Source: Antedon mediterranea (Eukaryota > Animalia > Echinodermata). Taken from it: a stretch of DNA of 64,000 bases. The notes under the pieces were generated by a model. It did not search any database. It worked only from the letters and a program-made list of their open reading frames with translations, and was not told the origin of the DNA. Below are positions 41,927 to 56,629 of the stretch, one piece after another. Position 1 is the first letter of the stretch; each line of letters begins with the position of its first letter. The DNA is taken from contig NC_092680.1 of NCBI RefSeq assembly GCF_964355755.1, positions 18,113,045-18,177,044 on the forward strand, read 5' to 3'. A program made the position numbers and the translations under genes.

Positions 41927-42128
41927 CTTAATTAATGAGAAATATCATCTTTATATTATTGTTTTGGGTTAACATAATACCTTGAAACATTACCTCATAC
42001 AGCCTCAGATTACGTATATAGGCCTAACCTATATTTTAATTCTTGGCCAAGTTCTTCTTCACGGCTGTCAATAGTACATTCTACTTGATAATTAATTGAA
42101 CATAAAAAGAATAATGTCTTGTTCTTAC

Positions 42129-42377
42129 TCGTAACTTCAGTAGAAACCAAAATTCCGTGCTGATTATTGGCAAATGAATACGATTCAATGGTATCTCTAG
42201 TAGAAGAAGACCAGTATAACGTTAATGTGTTGGGATTATAATCAAGAGCCGTAATACCGACTGGTGTTGGTGACACTGTCTGCGGCAATGCTTCCACAAA
42301 GTTTAAAGTTGTGTTTGTCAGACTGATGTTTGAATAATAAATGGTATCTTGACCACCTACGAACACAATATCACGTC
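42129..42377 (-). CDS. Exon A, unit 2: propeller N-terminal strand and first blade, intact
   Basis: GRDIVFVGGQDTIYYSNISL...ITALDYNPNTLTLYWSSS...VSTEVT; acceptor CTTACAG, donor GTAAGA; 249 nt, phase 1-1. Confidence 0.88.
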
Positions 42378-45300
42378 CTGTAAGATAATAACGTTACATC
42401 GAATACAATAACTTAAATAATACAAATACAATAACTTAATACCAGTACGTTCTAATAAATGAAACACGAATACAGAATTGTTGTAAAAACGTTTTTGTTA
42501 CCTCTGTGCATCCGTCAGACAGCGTAACACAAACTACAAATTATAATTATAGTTATCTAATTTGTTAGGTAAAAACGAAAGCTCCCTGTATAGTGTAAAA
42601 CATCCTTCTGTAACAACAAACCTAATTTCTGAAAACACTGTCATGTAAACTTTACTTTCAGAAAATAATATATTATTACAATATTAATAGAAGACACATA
42701 GTTTATTATTATTAATTAATTTTTTTGTAAGAATTATGGGAATTAGAGAGAGCTAACCGTACCTTTATGCATACCGTAACATAGTTATATTGCGAAGGTA
42801 ACCTGTTAAGTACATGTAGATGTACACTGTAATATATATTTTTGTTAAAATTATTGTGTAGTTTAATAGTCAGTTTGTATGATACATGATTATATTTAAC
42901 CGTATTTATATTTTTTTTTTCTAAAAACGCATAATTATATTAAGGTCATGTCTTGAAGTAAGTCGATACTTACCATAAACGAATCCTATGCGTAACGTCA
43001 CTAGACACATTGCAAACAATAGAGATGTCATCATGTTACTTCTATATACAAGAACAACAAATCTGTTATCAAGGATTCATGACAACTTAATTATATCTTG
43101 TTGTTTACATGTCAAACGAAAACTATGCATAATAATATTAATAATAAATATTGTGTTATAATACCATAAATTCTGTGCTTCAAGCTATTTTACATGGATA
43201 CAATTTATCGAAAACGTTGATCAAATAAATGTAATTATTGCATGAATTGCTCTCATTGTAGGCATATATTTATCAGCAGTCAAAAAAGAACATGAGCGAT
43301 GGAGCGCGCCCTCTATTGACTTCTGCTAAATCAGACTTATATGACGAGTAAAAAAAAATTCGCATCCCGGCAGGAGTTAATAAGCGTATAAGTCAATTAT
43401 AAAGCGACGAAGAAACATTCGAAAACACCAAGCAACTATACAGCGAAGCACTTCGAACAAGCGGACACAAAGATAACTTACTCTACACCCACCACTCCGC
43501 ATCCGGTATAAGAAGAAACAGAGGGAGAAACATAATATGGTTCAACCCACCATTCAGTACGAACATTAAGACAAATGTCGCACGAACCTTTTTGCAATTA
43601 ATTAAAAAACATTTTCCCAATGGACACGTATTACATAAAATATTTAATAAGAACAATGTTAAAGTAAGCTATAGTTGTATGCCATGTGTAAAAAATGTAA
43701 TTAACAAGCATAACCACAATGTACTGAACCCCCATACAGAACGAGAAAGTGCGTGCAATTGCCGCAACAAACCCAATTCCCCCTAAATGGTTCATGCCTC
43801 GCATCTGAAATTGTCTACTCCACCGACGTCATAACCAATAACGAAACTAAGACATATATTGGTATGACGGGTGGGCAGTTTAAAACTAGGTTTAACAATC
43901 ACGAGAAATCTTTCAAAAAAGAAACGTACAGTAAAGAATCCGAGCTCTCAAAGTACGTATGGTCTTTGAAAAGTAATGTTTATTAAATGGTAAGTAATTA
44001 AATATTCCTCCACTAAGAACGCCGATTATGGGCGTTGTAGTCTTTGTTTAGATGAAAAGCTATGTATTCTAAATGCAAACAAAACAAATTTGCTAAGCAA
44101 AAGGTCTGAACTGATTTCAAAATGTCGTCATAGCAAGAAAATTTACATACCACCTGACTAAAGCCTTATAACACCTTGAGATACGGTATTGTTCAGTCTA
44201 TCTGAAGATCGTTTAACGTGAAACACCGTGCAATAGACGCCCGTGTTCTATCTAATTCATAAATATATATATATATAAATCCAAAGGCAAATTACTGAAA
44301 AAAATGACAATGCTGTGGATATCAGTGGCTGGATCTCAATGGAGATACAAAAATAAAAAGCGAAAAGCTAAATCAAAACGATAAAGTAAACAGCCAGAAA
44401 AGTTAGCAGAGCTTTCGGGCAACACTAGCCCTTCATCAGTGCAAGTGAAGGAATTTGGACAACGTCATAGTATAAAGCTGGCAAGTGCTGCCTGGGTGGA
44501 CAGGAATAAAAGAAATTGAACAAAGGGAGCCAGGGTGGAGTCTGAATAATAGTAGAAAACAAAGAAGGTAGCTTGGTAGAGATATACACAATTTTGGAAT
44601 GAAACTAAAAAACAGCTTAAATGGTGGTTAATATTGAAACTTAAATTTTGGTAGTCAATGGAATAATTTTACCGATCTGGGAGTTTGTTCCTAATGTTAA
44701 GTCCAAAAGGTTTTGTGGTAGTAATTCCCAGTGGTTTTCTTTGTCTTTGCGAGTTTTGTCGCTCCATTTGACATCGTGGTCTATTGCAATAACTCTGAAA
44801 TTTGCAATCGAGTGACCAGCTGAATTAAAATGTTCGGCTACAGGTTGATCAAGCTTTAATGTTTTGATAGCTGATCTATGTTGTGTCATTCTCATACGGA
44901 GAGTGTTTTTTGTTTCTCCGACGTACTGTTTGCCACAAATATTACAGTATATGAGATAAATGACGTTTTTGGTTAGACAATTAATTGATTGTCTTATCCG
45001 AAAAATGCGGCCAGTTTGGTTACTCTCAAATTTGTCAGTAGAATCAACCAATAAACAAGTTTTGCAAGATTTGCCGCAAAGGTGACTGCCCAAATTTTGG
45101 CTGTCATGAGAGTTAATTTCACTCTTAAATTTGGATCTGACTAATATATCACGAAGGTTGGGAGGCCTACGAAATGCAATAATGGGTGGTTCCGGATAAA
45201 ACAGTCCTGAGACGTTCTGTGGACTGTAGAATGGGCATATGTTTCTCAATAATAGCCCGTAATGGAGGCAACCTAGGGTGGTAGGTTGTGACAAATGGCA

Positions 45301-45450
45301 CTCTGGTCGAATTTTTTGGCTGACGTGGTTTGTACGTCAGTATTTGACATCGAGGAATATCTTTTGCTTAAACAAATCAGGCAAAGAACATTAATTCTAA
45401 ACCACCCGGTAATATACTGAAATTTAATTAATTAATTCGAAACGATAAAG

Positions 45451-46987
45451 GGGTCATTCTTCAGTAAGTGTCTAATTTCAGGTTTATAAAAAATCGATTT
45501 TAAAATTTGCATTTTTTAAATTTTAAAAGTTTATTCAGATAAATGAACATGTATTACATGGCAAGCGTATGTTTGGCGCAATCTTTATTATATATTTCGT
45601 GTTTTATTCGTATTTATAAACACATGGTTCTATGTTACTGTCATTTCCGTCACATTTATGGGATATACAAAGATAGAAAAAATAACGGTTCAGGAATTAT
45701 AAAATTATTTCCATTATTAATTCTTTGATACTATATATTATTTTGAAAATGATTGTTTTAACATTTATAAGTATGATGTTATACGTTCAAAACCATTTAC
45801 TATTCCAAAAAATAATAATTTTCAGAAAATAGTATGACTGTCACTGATGTTTTACAAAATTCTGTTGAACTAATATTACTATCCATTGACAAAGTAGAAG
45901 AATATTGTTTATATTTCAATATACCACATAATTGCGTTCATTATTTAAATATTTTAGGATTTAAAAGGATAAAATATCCATGTGACGGAGATGAAACCGT
46001 GACGGATATGACGAACCTAAAAAATCATGTGACGGAGATGACTTTAAGATATGATTTGATTATGTTTATTGACCAGAGTCACATAGATATACAATGTAAT
46101 AACATAATAAAGATATACAAAACAAAATGTACAACAAAAAAAGGCCCTGGCAATAACAAAAAGTCATATCCGTCACGGGCCGTCATCTCCGTCACAACGA
46201 AACATTGGGAAATGTGACGGAGCTGACCGTGACGGAGATGATGTATTTAGCATTGGACAACCTAGGATCACATCGTAGGCATGTCTGACAGCGGAGACGG
46301 ATTGCATACTTCTAGATACCGTGAATAACTTGTATTTCCAGTTGAAAAAAACCAGAAATTATATTTATTTAATGAGTTCTATACCGTTCGGATATAACAT
46401 TCAATAAAGGTACGCAGCTGTAATTTTTCTAAAACCTCGTTTTTTTAGCTTTTTTCCTCTTTTTATTGAAAATGATGTGCTGCTAGTTTAATTTCAATAT
46501 CTTCGTATGTTTACAACGCACAGTCAATATTTTTCACCGCCGTTCATTAAACTGTAGACGGTACATTTAAATTATGTGACGGAAATGACACAAAACTGCG
46601 GGACAAGCTTTTTCCAAACAAAAACTTTAAAGTTTGAGATTTAATGTATGTAGAGATGTATTTCGAAGAATATAATCGCATGAAATCATGATTAACTAAC
46701 TTTTTACAATATTTTCGATAACAAAAGTCCTGTTATCAAATATATACGGCGATCATAAAATTGAAGATGTACGATCGGGACATAGGATTTTAGGGGGTTG
46801 CCTGAAACATTTTTATAAAAATTAACAATATCAATGTAATTATCTTTATTTTATGTAATTAATTATATTTCCAATAATGTTGATTATGATTTAAGTCAAG
46901 AATTTTTATTTTTTAATGATGAATTTTCAGTCTCTATCCCACCAAAGTATCGGGACACGATTTTAGACACTTACTGAAGAATGACCC
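45451..46987. mobile_element. Non-autonomous DNA transposon, Sola2-like, unit 2 only
   Basis: Perfect 25-bp TIR GGGTCATTCTTCAGTAAGTGTCTAA; AAAG on both sides; internal GTGACGGAGATGA repeats; empty site near 22960. Confidence 0.8.
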
Positions 46988-49599
46988 AAAGATAAAGATG
47001 AGGAAATCTGTGAGAATGAGAAAAAGTCGCCCCAACCGAGACTCGGACCGCCTGCTTGATATGCAGAATGATGTCCTAACCATTAGACCACTGGGGCTTT
47101 CATGGTATTGTTCGAACTCGATTGGATAGCGACTCTTTAACATTCTCGGCGTGGTACGGCGGAACAGCACTAGTCCTCAGTTGTACGGACGCGCACCAGA
47201 GATCAAATTGATACGCCCTCCAGTATTTTTATTCACGAGGCGGGATCTCCGAAGAGATACTTTTATATATATAAACAAATCAGGCAAAGAACATTAATTC
47301 TAAACCGCCCGGTAATAATAATACTGAAATTTAATTAATTAATTCGAAACGATAAAGATGAGATATATATATATATTGTGAGGGTGTTTTATTTGTTGTA
47401 TGAGAGAACGTATCTGGTGGGTGAAAATCTGTGATAACACCATATATGGCTCTGTAGGCTAGTGGTATGATACTCGCTCTGTAAGCGAAAGATCGCAGGT
47501 TGAAATACCGCCAGAGACATTTTTTTAACATTTGTTTACAACTAAAAATACGGAACTTTCGGCGATGAGCTATGCTCGACGCGATTATGAGATCATGGTC
47601 CGAATATGAGCACTGTTTTAATAATTTGACAGTATGATTTAATTGATCTCTGGTGCGCGTGCGTACCATTTGAGGGAATAGTGCTGAAATCTGTGAAAAT
47701 AAGAAAAAGTTGCTTCAACCGAGATTCGAACCCGGCATTAAAAACTTATTTTGTGTTAAAAACCTTCTGAAGGTCACCGAATATCACCAAACACACTGAT
47801 TGTTCACACTATATTAGTCACAAATTCACTGATACTTATCCGATATTTTTCTGGAAAAGTCAAATTTGTTCAAAGTTTAATAATCTTTACAGCAATATAA
47901 ATATTAATAACTAAATGCTACGTATTTTTTTCCGGAAGTTTGATTCCACTCGTGAAAACAGTAACATCGATTAAATTACCATGCTATGATGAATACAAAT
48001 TCCTCTAAAGCCAAAACCGCCAAGCTTAATTTATTCTGTAAATAATGTCTAAAGGTGCGTTTGATTGGTTCTTTTTACGGACTAATCCCATTTGTGAAGC
48101 CTCCTATCGTTACGTACAGAATAGCCATGATAATTCAGATATATTTATTGTCCAAAAACAGACGATCAATGATACAAATAGCCAAAAGACTGAAACCGTA
48201 ACCTTTTACATGAAAACGTTTTAAATTTATAAGAAAATATCCTATATGTAAAAAAAAATGTATAGACAATTAAATATAAGGAAAGAAAACGACATTAATA
48301 TGAAGTAAAGGACATAAAAAAGTCTAAGGTGTATCATTAAAGAGTCTGATTAGGGCTGGAATAGCTGACTTTCAGCGCGTCTCAGTACGCGACAAAAGGA
48401 TCTCTTTCCTGAATAAACTTAATACGCTTACCATGTACGTTTAAAGAGGTATGCCAGACACAGCAAGCATACCGGTATTCTAAACACGGCCTAATATTTG
48501 GTATTAAACACTACCATGACATTTCAATGGTTTCGGAAGCATCTGATTATTAGTGCACCAGAGTTCAATCTCATTAAACATACATTGCATAGAGGAATCA
48601 CAACCCTTTTAAAAAATTTCACCAAAGGTAAAGTCGTCAGCATATTTCCATTGCCTGCAGTTTCCCTCACAAGCATCATTAATGAGGATGAGAAAGAGCA
48701 CAGGCCTCAACCTAGTACCTTGCGGTACCCACAAGTAATTTGGCGTGTAGATGATATATTAGTGCCGATTTTGAATTAGTAACTCTATTGGAAAGAAAAC
48801 ATCAGACGATGGGTATGATAGATGGTGTAACACCAATTGAAATTATCTTATTAGTTAAAACTGTGTGCTCCACACGATCGAACGCTTTGGTGAAATCTAT
48901 AGCACAAACACTGACTAACAGCTTTTACCATCAACATCTTTAAAAACAAGAGTCAAGCATGGTAATTAAATAATAAGAAGTCGAAAAGCCTCTTCTACTA
49001 CCGAACTGTGTGAAGTCCAAATTAAGCAAGCGATCAAAAACATATATAAGGAACCGTTTCTATTAAATTATTGCCTGTAAACGGTTTTTGTGAATGACCC
49101 GACAACCTTGTTAGCGACTTCAGGGCTGTTGGTGCAAAATAAGTTTGTAATGGAACTTTTTCTTGATATGCAGATGTCCTAAACATTATACCACTGGGGC
49201 TTTCATGATGTTCAAAATTGCACTGATAATAAAATGTATTACTTAATACTTACCCAGATTCTAAATTCGATTACTTAAACTAGAAATTGCTTACCGACCA
49301 ATTTACCTACACTGAAAGAGACTCGCCTTTATTGTCGTTATATGAAGTAAATTTGATTTTTTTGTTAATTTGAATCCTAATTTATAAAGATGGTTTTATA
49401 AAACGTTCGATAAACCAATTATTGCTACGTTTCGACTATTTTCAATAGCCTTGGTCAAGCAAATGACTATTATAATCCTTGTTATTATGTTCTTTACTTA
49501 GGACAAATCTTCTTTTGCATACCGATAGATTTGGCGCTCCCTTTGCCATTCAAATGAAAAATGTCTTACTGTGAGTGTGGGTACTGTTAGATATATAAA

Positions 49600-49802
49600 A
49601 ATAAACTGTATTACTGTGAGTGCGGATAGGCCCTACTGTTAGGTATATAAACACATAATATACAAATAAACTGTATTACTGTGAGTGCGGATAGGCCGTG
49701 TTAGGTATATAAACACATAATATACAAATAAACTGTATTACTGTGAGTGCGGATAGGCCCTACTGTTAGGTATTATAAACACATAATATACAAATAAACT
49801 GT
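49600..49802. repeat. ~60-bp tandem repeat, expanded relative to unit 1 (25605-25712)
   Basis: Repeated AAATAAACTGTATTACTGTGAGTGCGGATAGG units. Confidence 0.85.
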
Positions 49803-52800
49803 TGCTTGGTGTAACATGTACTGTACTATTTCAATCGACTATGATTCTCTTCTTATTCAGCAAGATGTTGTTAGGCTTTGCAATTGGTCTGACACATGGA
49901 AAATGTTCTTAAATCCGCTTAAGTGTCAGATTCTTACTTTATCACTTAAAAAACAAATTATTAATTTTGATTACACTATTAACGGACTTTCTCTTTGATA
50001 GGGTTAACTTGAAGAATCTTGGCATTTATATTGATTCGAAACTTATCTTTAACAAACATGTTGATCATATTATTTTTTCCATGGAATGTTAGGTATGCTT
50101 AGGCGTCACTGTAAACACATCGCTAGTGACCACAACAATCCAGGTCCTTTAATTCATCTTCCTCCGCTTCATACTGGGAGAAGCTTCTTTGATTTGGTAT
50201 TTCTTTTTAAATGCTTCAACTCCCTTTTTAAATGCAATATTTTATCATTTTTTCCCCCTTGCCCGTTGTCGAGTCAACGTAACCAAAATTGGTTTCATTC
50301 AAAGATTATCCAAGCTTTTTAATTCAATTTCTATTAAAGATAAGACTATCGATATTCTTTTTGACACTTTGTCCAAATTTAAGTCTAAAGTTCTTAAATC
50401 GATTTAAGTTTGCCTTTCTGTTTGTTTCAAGTTTTGTATTTTAATGTGCTTTTAATTCTATATTTACATCTTAAGAGTTTTACGGCATCCTGTATTTGGC
50501 GATTTTTCGCTGTTGGATGTGGTTGAAATAAAATAAAATGAAATAAAATGACAGTGACAGTTTTAGCAAAGTATTAATTTGCAAATGTTTTACTCTATTT
50601 AGTGGTATATTATTTATAGGCCTTTAAAACATGAAAATAAATTTCGTTACTGATAAAGAATATATCTAAAAATTGTTCCTCTTGGTACCCATCCTCTTCC
50701 CCATCCCTCAACCTTAATGTTATATACAAAACACAAATTGGGTTTGTTTAAATGAGTCAAAATCAAAAACAAGGCCAACAGCCATAAGTCGCGTGCTAAA
50801 ACGCATAGTGATACAGACCGACAGACCGACAGACCGACCGACCGACCGACATAGCGAACTATAGAATCGCGTCCACGCGATTAAAAAGGTAATTCCCAGG
50901 GTGCTAAATATGAGTTGACTACATAAATCATCGTGTCTATTTATTCGTTTCTGTAAACGACAATATATTATAGTCCTGCGGTACGTAAATTTAAAAAACG
51001 CTGAAATTACTGTGTATTCGAGAACCATCTGTGTGCACGACCTAGATGGTAAGCGATGCATCTATTATGTTTTAATCCTCGTTATTGTTCTTTACTTAGG
51101 ACAATTCTTCCTATTCACACGTCACCAAGATTAAGGTAGATTATACATTACTGACTTTAATAAATTAATATTATTTAACGTACTCACAGATTAAATCTTC
51201 TTACTTTTATTGAATTTAACTCTATCTCACTAAAGTTAATTATGTTAAATATTGTTGAAATAAATAAATAAATAAATATAAATGTTATAAATATTATCTT
51301 CAAAATGGAAAGATGTAGGCCTAATGGTGTGATAAAAGGAATGGGTATCATTGAGGAAGCTAACCCTAAAGGAACCAACAGGAAAGGCATTTATAATTTG
51401 CATGGAAAATCTCTGTTGACAAAATAAAATCAGATCATTTAGAAATAATACAAGCTGAAAATAATAAAAATGCTGTGGGCATCGGTGGCTGGATCTCAAT
51501 GGAAATACACAATAAAATCAAAAAGATAGATTAAAACGATAAAGTAAAACAGCCAGACAAAATTAGTAGAGCTTTCGGGCAACACTAGCCCTTCATCAGT
51601 GCAAGTGAGAGTATATATATATATTGTGAGGGTGTTTTATTTGTTGTATGAGAGAATGTATCTGGTGGGTGAAAATCGTTGAAAATCTGTGATAATACAC
51701 CAGATATGGCTCTGTGGTCTAGTGGTATGATACTCGCCCTGTAAGCGAAAGGTCACAGGTTGAAATCCCGCCAGAGAAATTTTTCATCGATGTGCTATAC
51801 TCGACGCGATTATGAGATCATGGTCCGAATATGAGCACTGTTTCAATAATTTGATAATATGATTTATTTGATCTTTAGTGCGCGTGCGTACAATTGCGGG
51901 AATAGTGCTGAAATCTGTGAAAATAAGTCGCTTCAACCGAGATTCGAACCCGGCATTACAAACTTATTTTTGTGCTAAAATCGTTCTGAAGGTCACCGAA
52001 AAACAACAAAAACACTGATTGTTCACACTATATTGGTCACAACTTCGCTGATACTTATCCGATATTTTTCTGGAAAAGTCAAATTTGTTCAAAGTTTAAT
52101 AATCTTTACAGCAATATAAATATTAATAACTAAATGCTATAGACGTATTTTTTTTCAGTTTGATTTCACTCGTGAAAACAGTAACATCGGTGAAATTACC
52201 CTTTTTAACAATTTCACCAATGGTAAGGTCAAAATATTTCCATCACCTGCAGTTTCCCTCACAAGAATCATTAATGAGGATGAGAAAGAGCACAGGCCTC
52301 AACCTCGTACGTTGTGGTACCCACAAGTAATTTGGCGTGTAGATGATATATTAGTGCCAATTTTGGAATTAATAACTCTATTAGAAAGGAAACCGCAGAC
52401 GATGGGTATGATTGACGGTCTAACACCAAATGTAAATCTTATTAATTAAAACGATGTGCAAAATTGCACTGATAATAAAATGTATTACTTAATACTTACC
52501 CAGATTCCAAATTCGATTCGAATTCGCTTACCGACCAATTTACCTACACTGAATGAGACTCGCCTTTATTGAAGTAAATTTGATTGTTATTATTTGGGTT
52601 TAATTAATTTGAATTATTATATATAAAGATTGTTTTATAAAACTTTCGATAAACCAATTATTGCTACGTTTCGACTATTTTCAATAGCCTTGGTCACGCA
52701 AATGACTATTATAATCCTGGTTATTATGTTCTTTACTTAGGACAATTCTTCTTATGCCCTATTTTTTTTTAAATCCGGTTGAACAGGTCGATTTTCTTTA

Positions 52801-54005
52801 AATAAAATAATATTTTGATGGATTTAAATAAACTGTATTACTGTGAGTGTGAATAGGCCTTACTGTTAGATATATAAACACATAATATACAAATAAACTT
52901 TATTACTGACAGTTGCTTCTCAACGTTTGTATTAATTAATAATTACCAAAAAAAATTCAAACGTCGTCGTGGTGTATACGTGTACTTTGCTATTTCAATC
53001 GACTATGACAGTGACAGTTTTAGCAAAGTATTAAATCGCAAATGTTTTACTGTATTTTAATACTGGTATATTATTTATAGGCCTATAAAACACGAAAACA
53101 TATTTCGTTACTGAGTGAATAAAGAATATTTACAAATTGTTCATCTTTGTACCCATCCTCTTCCCAATCCCTCAACCCTAATGTTATGTATTTGTTTAAA
53201 TGAGTCCAAATCAAAAAGTTATCTTTCTCTTTCAGAAGTAATTCACAGGGTGCTAATTTTAGTTGACTACATAAATCATCGTGTCTATTTATTCGTTTCT
53301 GTAAACAACAATGTATTATAGTCCTGAGGTACGTAAATTAAAAAAAACCGCTAAAATTATTGTGTATTCGAGAACCATCTGTGGGCACGACCTAGATGTT
53401 ACGCGAGCGAAGCGATCCTCCTTAGGACAATTCTTCTTATGCCCACCAAGATTAAGGTAGATTATACATTACTGTTAATAAATTAATATTATTTAGCGTA
53501 CTCACAGATTAAATTTTCTTCCTTTTATTGAATTGAACTCTATCCCACAAAAGTTAATTATGTTAAATATTGTTGAAATAAATTAATAAATAAATATAAA
53601 TGTTATAAATATTATCTTCAAAATGGAAAGATGTATAGGTGTGGTAAAAGGTACGGGTATCATTGAGAAACCAACAGGACAAGCATTTATAATATGCATG
53701 GAAAATTAGTTTTCTCCACAACAAAATGTGATGTGCTCATATACGGACATGACGATGTCATGTCACTACCATATTTGTGCATATCACTACCATATTTGAG
53801 GAACAACACACCTTTTTTATCAAACTGTTTGATAGTGTAAACAGAGCTTTATGATGTTGCATTAATATATGAAAACTATCTGTACTGGACAGATGACGAT
53901 AAAATGACTGGAATACATCAATGCAGAAGCGGCTTATAATACTATAGCTCTTTCACACGTAACATTATAAAGTATTATAAAGCTTAATATAATATATTAT
54001 ATTAA

Positions 54006-56560
54006 CTAGATGGCACGCTCGCTTCGCTCGCGTACCATCTAGGGGTGCCCACAGATGGTTCTCGAATACAGTAGAATCCACGGACGGGGACTTTTTTGGG
54101 ACACTAAACAAAAACGGAAGTGTCCCCCTAATTGGGGTATTCAGAAATAGAGACAACAAAACCAATACTGGATTCCATAAAAGACAATTAATTTATGTGG
54201 ATTAAAGAAATTAGGGAGAAATGGAAATGTATGTACGGGAATTGGGCGGCACGTGGTGGTGGTGATGGAACCGCAGTAATAAAGTTGATTGTATTTATAT
54301 ATTATAAGAACCAAACTAAATAAATAGACCTAGACATTCTGCGAAATGGAAATCGGAAATTCAAGCTCCTATTCAGTGAAAAATTAAACTGTAGTCTACC
54401 TAAATATTTAGGGCAAATCATCGGTTGTGGTGTTGAAATTCCTGTAAACATTTGTGTGAACCAAACTGGGTCGAATTTCTGTCATGAGTACTGATTTGTT
54501 GGCCTGTGATTTATGACGCCTAAGGGATCTATCTAGACTTATTTTTTAGAATAATGTACGTACCTGTCAGATACAATTGTCTTGTGTCGTATAATAAATA
54601 AGTACTGTAATAGTTACTGAAGTTACTATTACAATCTCGTCAATGAAAACACGAAAATGTATATGCACTTACTTATGAAAACGTATACAGTATTATACTC
54701 AGTTATTGAAACAGTAGGTTTAAAAAAGTTTCGTTTGTCTGTAAAATGATGTAATCAAGCTGTTTACATGAGTCTTAATTTATAAGCACATCAATAATAA
54801 AATAGTTTATCTATCCTGTAATTGGCGAGATTATGGTCGCTGTTGAATGAAATAAAGCCAATCGGTATCATATTTGTACAGAAAAGTTTTTGCGGCCGAA
54901 GGGTGTAACCTAAATTCGTTGTATTATCGTCAAGAACTAACTGTAAGTAAACTTACATAGAAAGTAGGGTATCATAAATTTGGCCTTAGCACTCGGGGGA
55001 GTGGCTAAGATGAAGTCCGTGGGACTACTAAATATAAATTGTAATGAACCTCGAGGGACATAAATAGGAATATTTCATGTTTCATTATCAATGTATAATA
55101 AATGGAAACTGTTTACCGATTCAAATAATAGAAATTGGTTTTTAACATTTTCCGAACCTATTGCAAGTTTATTCTCAAAGGGCCCATATATTTACCTACC
55201 GTATGTGTTAAACCAAGGGCTCATAAATTTACCTACAGTACTTGTGTTAAACCAAACTCTGGCAGACTGAGAGATTGGGATGTTCCATTCATCGCAAATC
55301 AATACATTTGTATAATCGTATATTAAATCTATCAAAATAGTTTTTTTTAAAGAAAATCGGCCTGTCTTCAACATTATGATGGTGTACTCTAGCAATCTAT
55401 CAAAATTGTATTTTTTAAAGAAAATCGGCCTGTCTTCAACATTATGATGGTGTACTCTAGCTGTTAAACCGGTTTTCAGCTATTAAAAACAATTATCGTA
55501 GGAGGAGATAGGAAAATGCGAAGCCTCCTCGCTATGTAACATTAGGGTTGAGGGATGGGAAAGCGGATAGGTACAAAAAGGAACAATTTTAAAATATATT
55601 CTTTATCCACTGAGTAACGAAATATTTTGTTCATGTTTTATAGGCCTATAAATAATATACCTCTAAATACAGTAGGCCTAAAACATTTGCGATTTAATAC
55701 TTTGTTAAAACTGTCACTGTCATAATCGTTTGAAATATTAAAGTACATGTCACGATACACCACTACGACGTTTATATTTTTGGTAATTATTAATTAATAT
55801 AAACGTTGAGAAGGAACTGTCAGTATAAAGTTTATTTGTATATCTAACAGTAGAGCCTATCCACATTCTCAGTAATAAAGTTTATATTTTTATATTACAT
55901 CTAACAGTACGAACATTCACAGTAAGAAATGTTCGATTCAAATGAAAAATAGTTAATAGGTATTTACAGTATTGTCAAAGTATTGCAAGTTTATTCTCAA
56001 AGGGCCCATATATTTACCTACCGTATGTGTTAAACCAAGGGCTCATAAATTTACCTACAGTACTTGTGTTAAACCAAACTCTGGCAGACTGAGAGATTGG
56101 GATGTTCCATTCATCGCAAATCAATACATTTGTATAATCGTATATTAAATCTATCAAAATAGTATTTTTTAAAGAAAATCGGCCTGTCTTCAACATTATG
56201 ATGGTGTACTCTAGCTGTTCAACCGGTTTTCAGCTATTAAAAACAATTATCGTAGGAGGAGATAGAAAAATGCGAAGCCTCCTCGCATTTTTTTGGCGGG
56301 TATTTTTCAAGATGGACATCCATTAGACAGTGTATACCACGATCGGAAAACACCCCTATTTGGGGCAAATCGTTGAACCTAAATTCGTTTTAATCGTCAA
56401 TAACTAATTATCTAACTCAATTTAATTAGTAAACAGGGTTACATCAGGCGGTTAAAATCAGTACCGAAAGTACGAACCAACTTTACATACCATCGAGTGA
56501 AAATTCTAGAAGTAAGGCGCGATTTACCGAATTTTGCCCTTACGTAAATTTATATATAGA
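54006..56560 (-). mobile_element. Non-autonomous Helitron, unit 2 only
   Basis: Minus strand A|TC...GC-rich hairpin...CTAG|T, no TSD; empty A|T site near 31274; internal duplication 55160-55530 / 55981-56286; plus-strand relics of the family near 27040-27083, 51010-51060 and 52830-53415. Confidence 0.85.
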
Positions 56561-56565
56561 TATAA

Positions 56566-56629
<64 letters not shown>

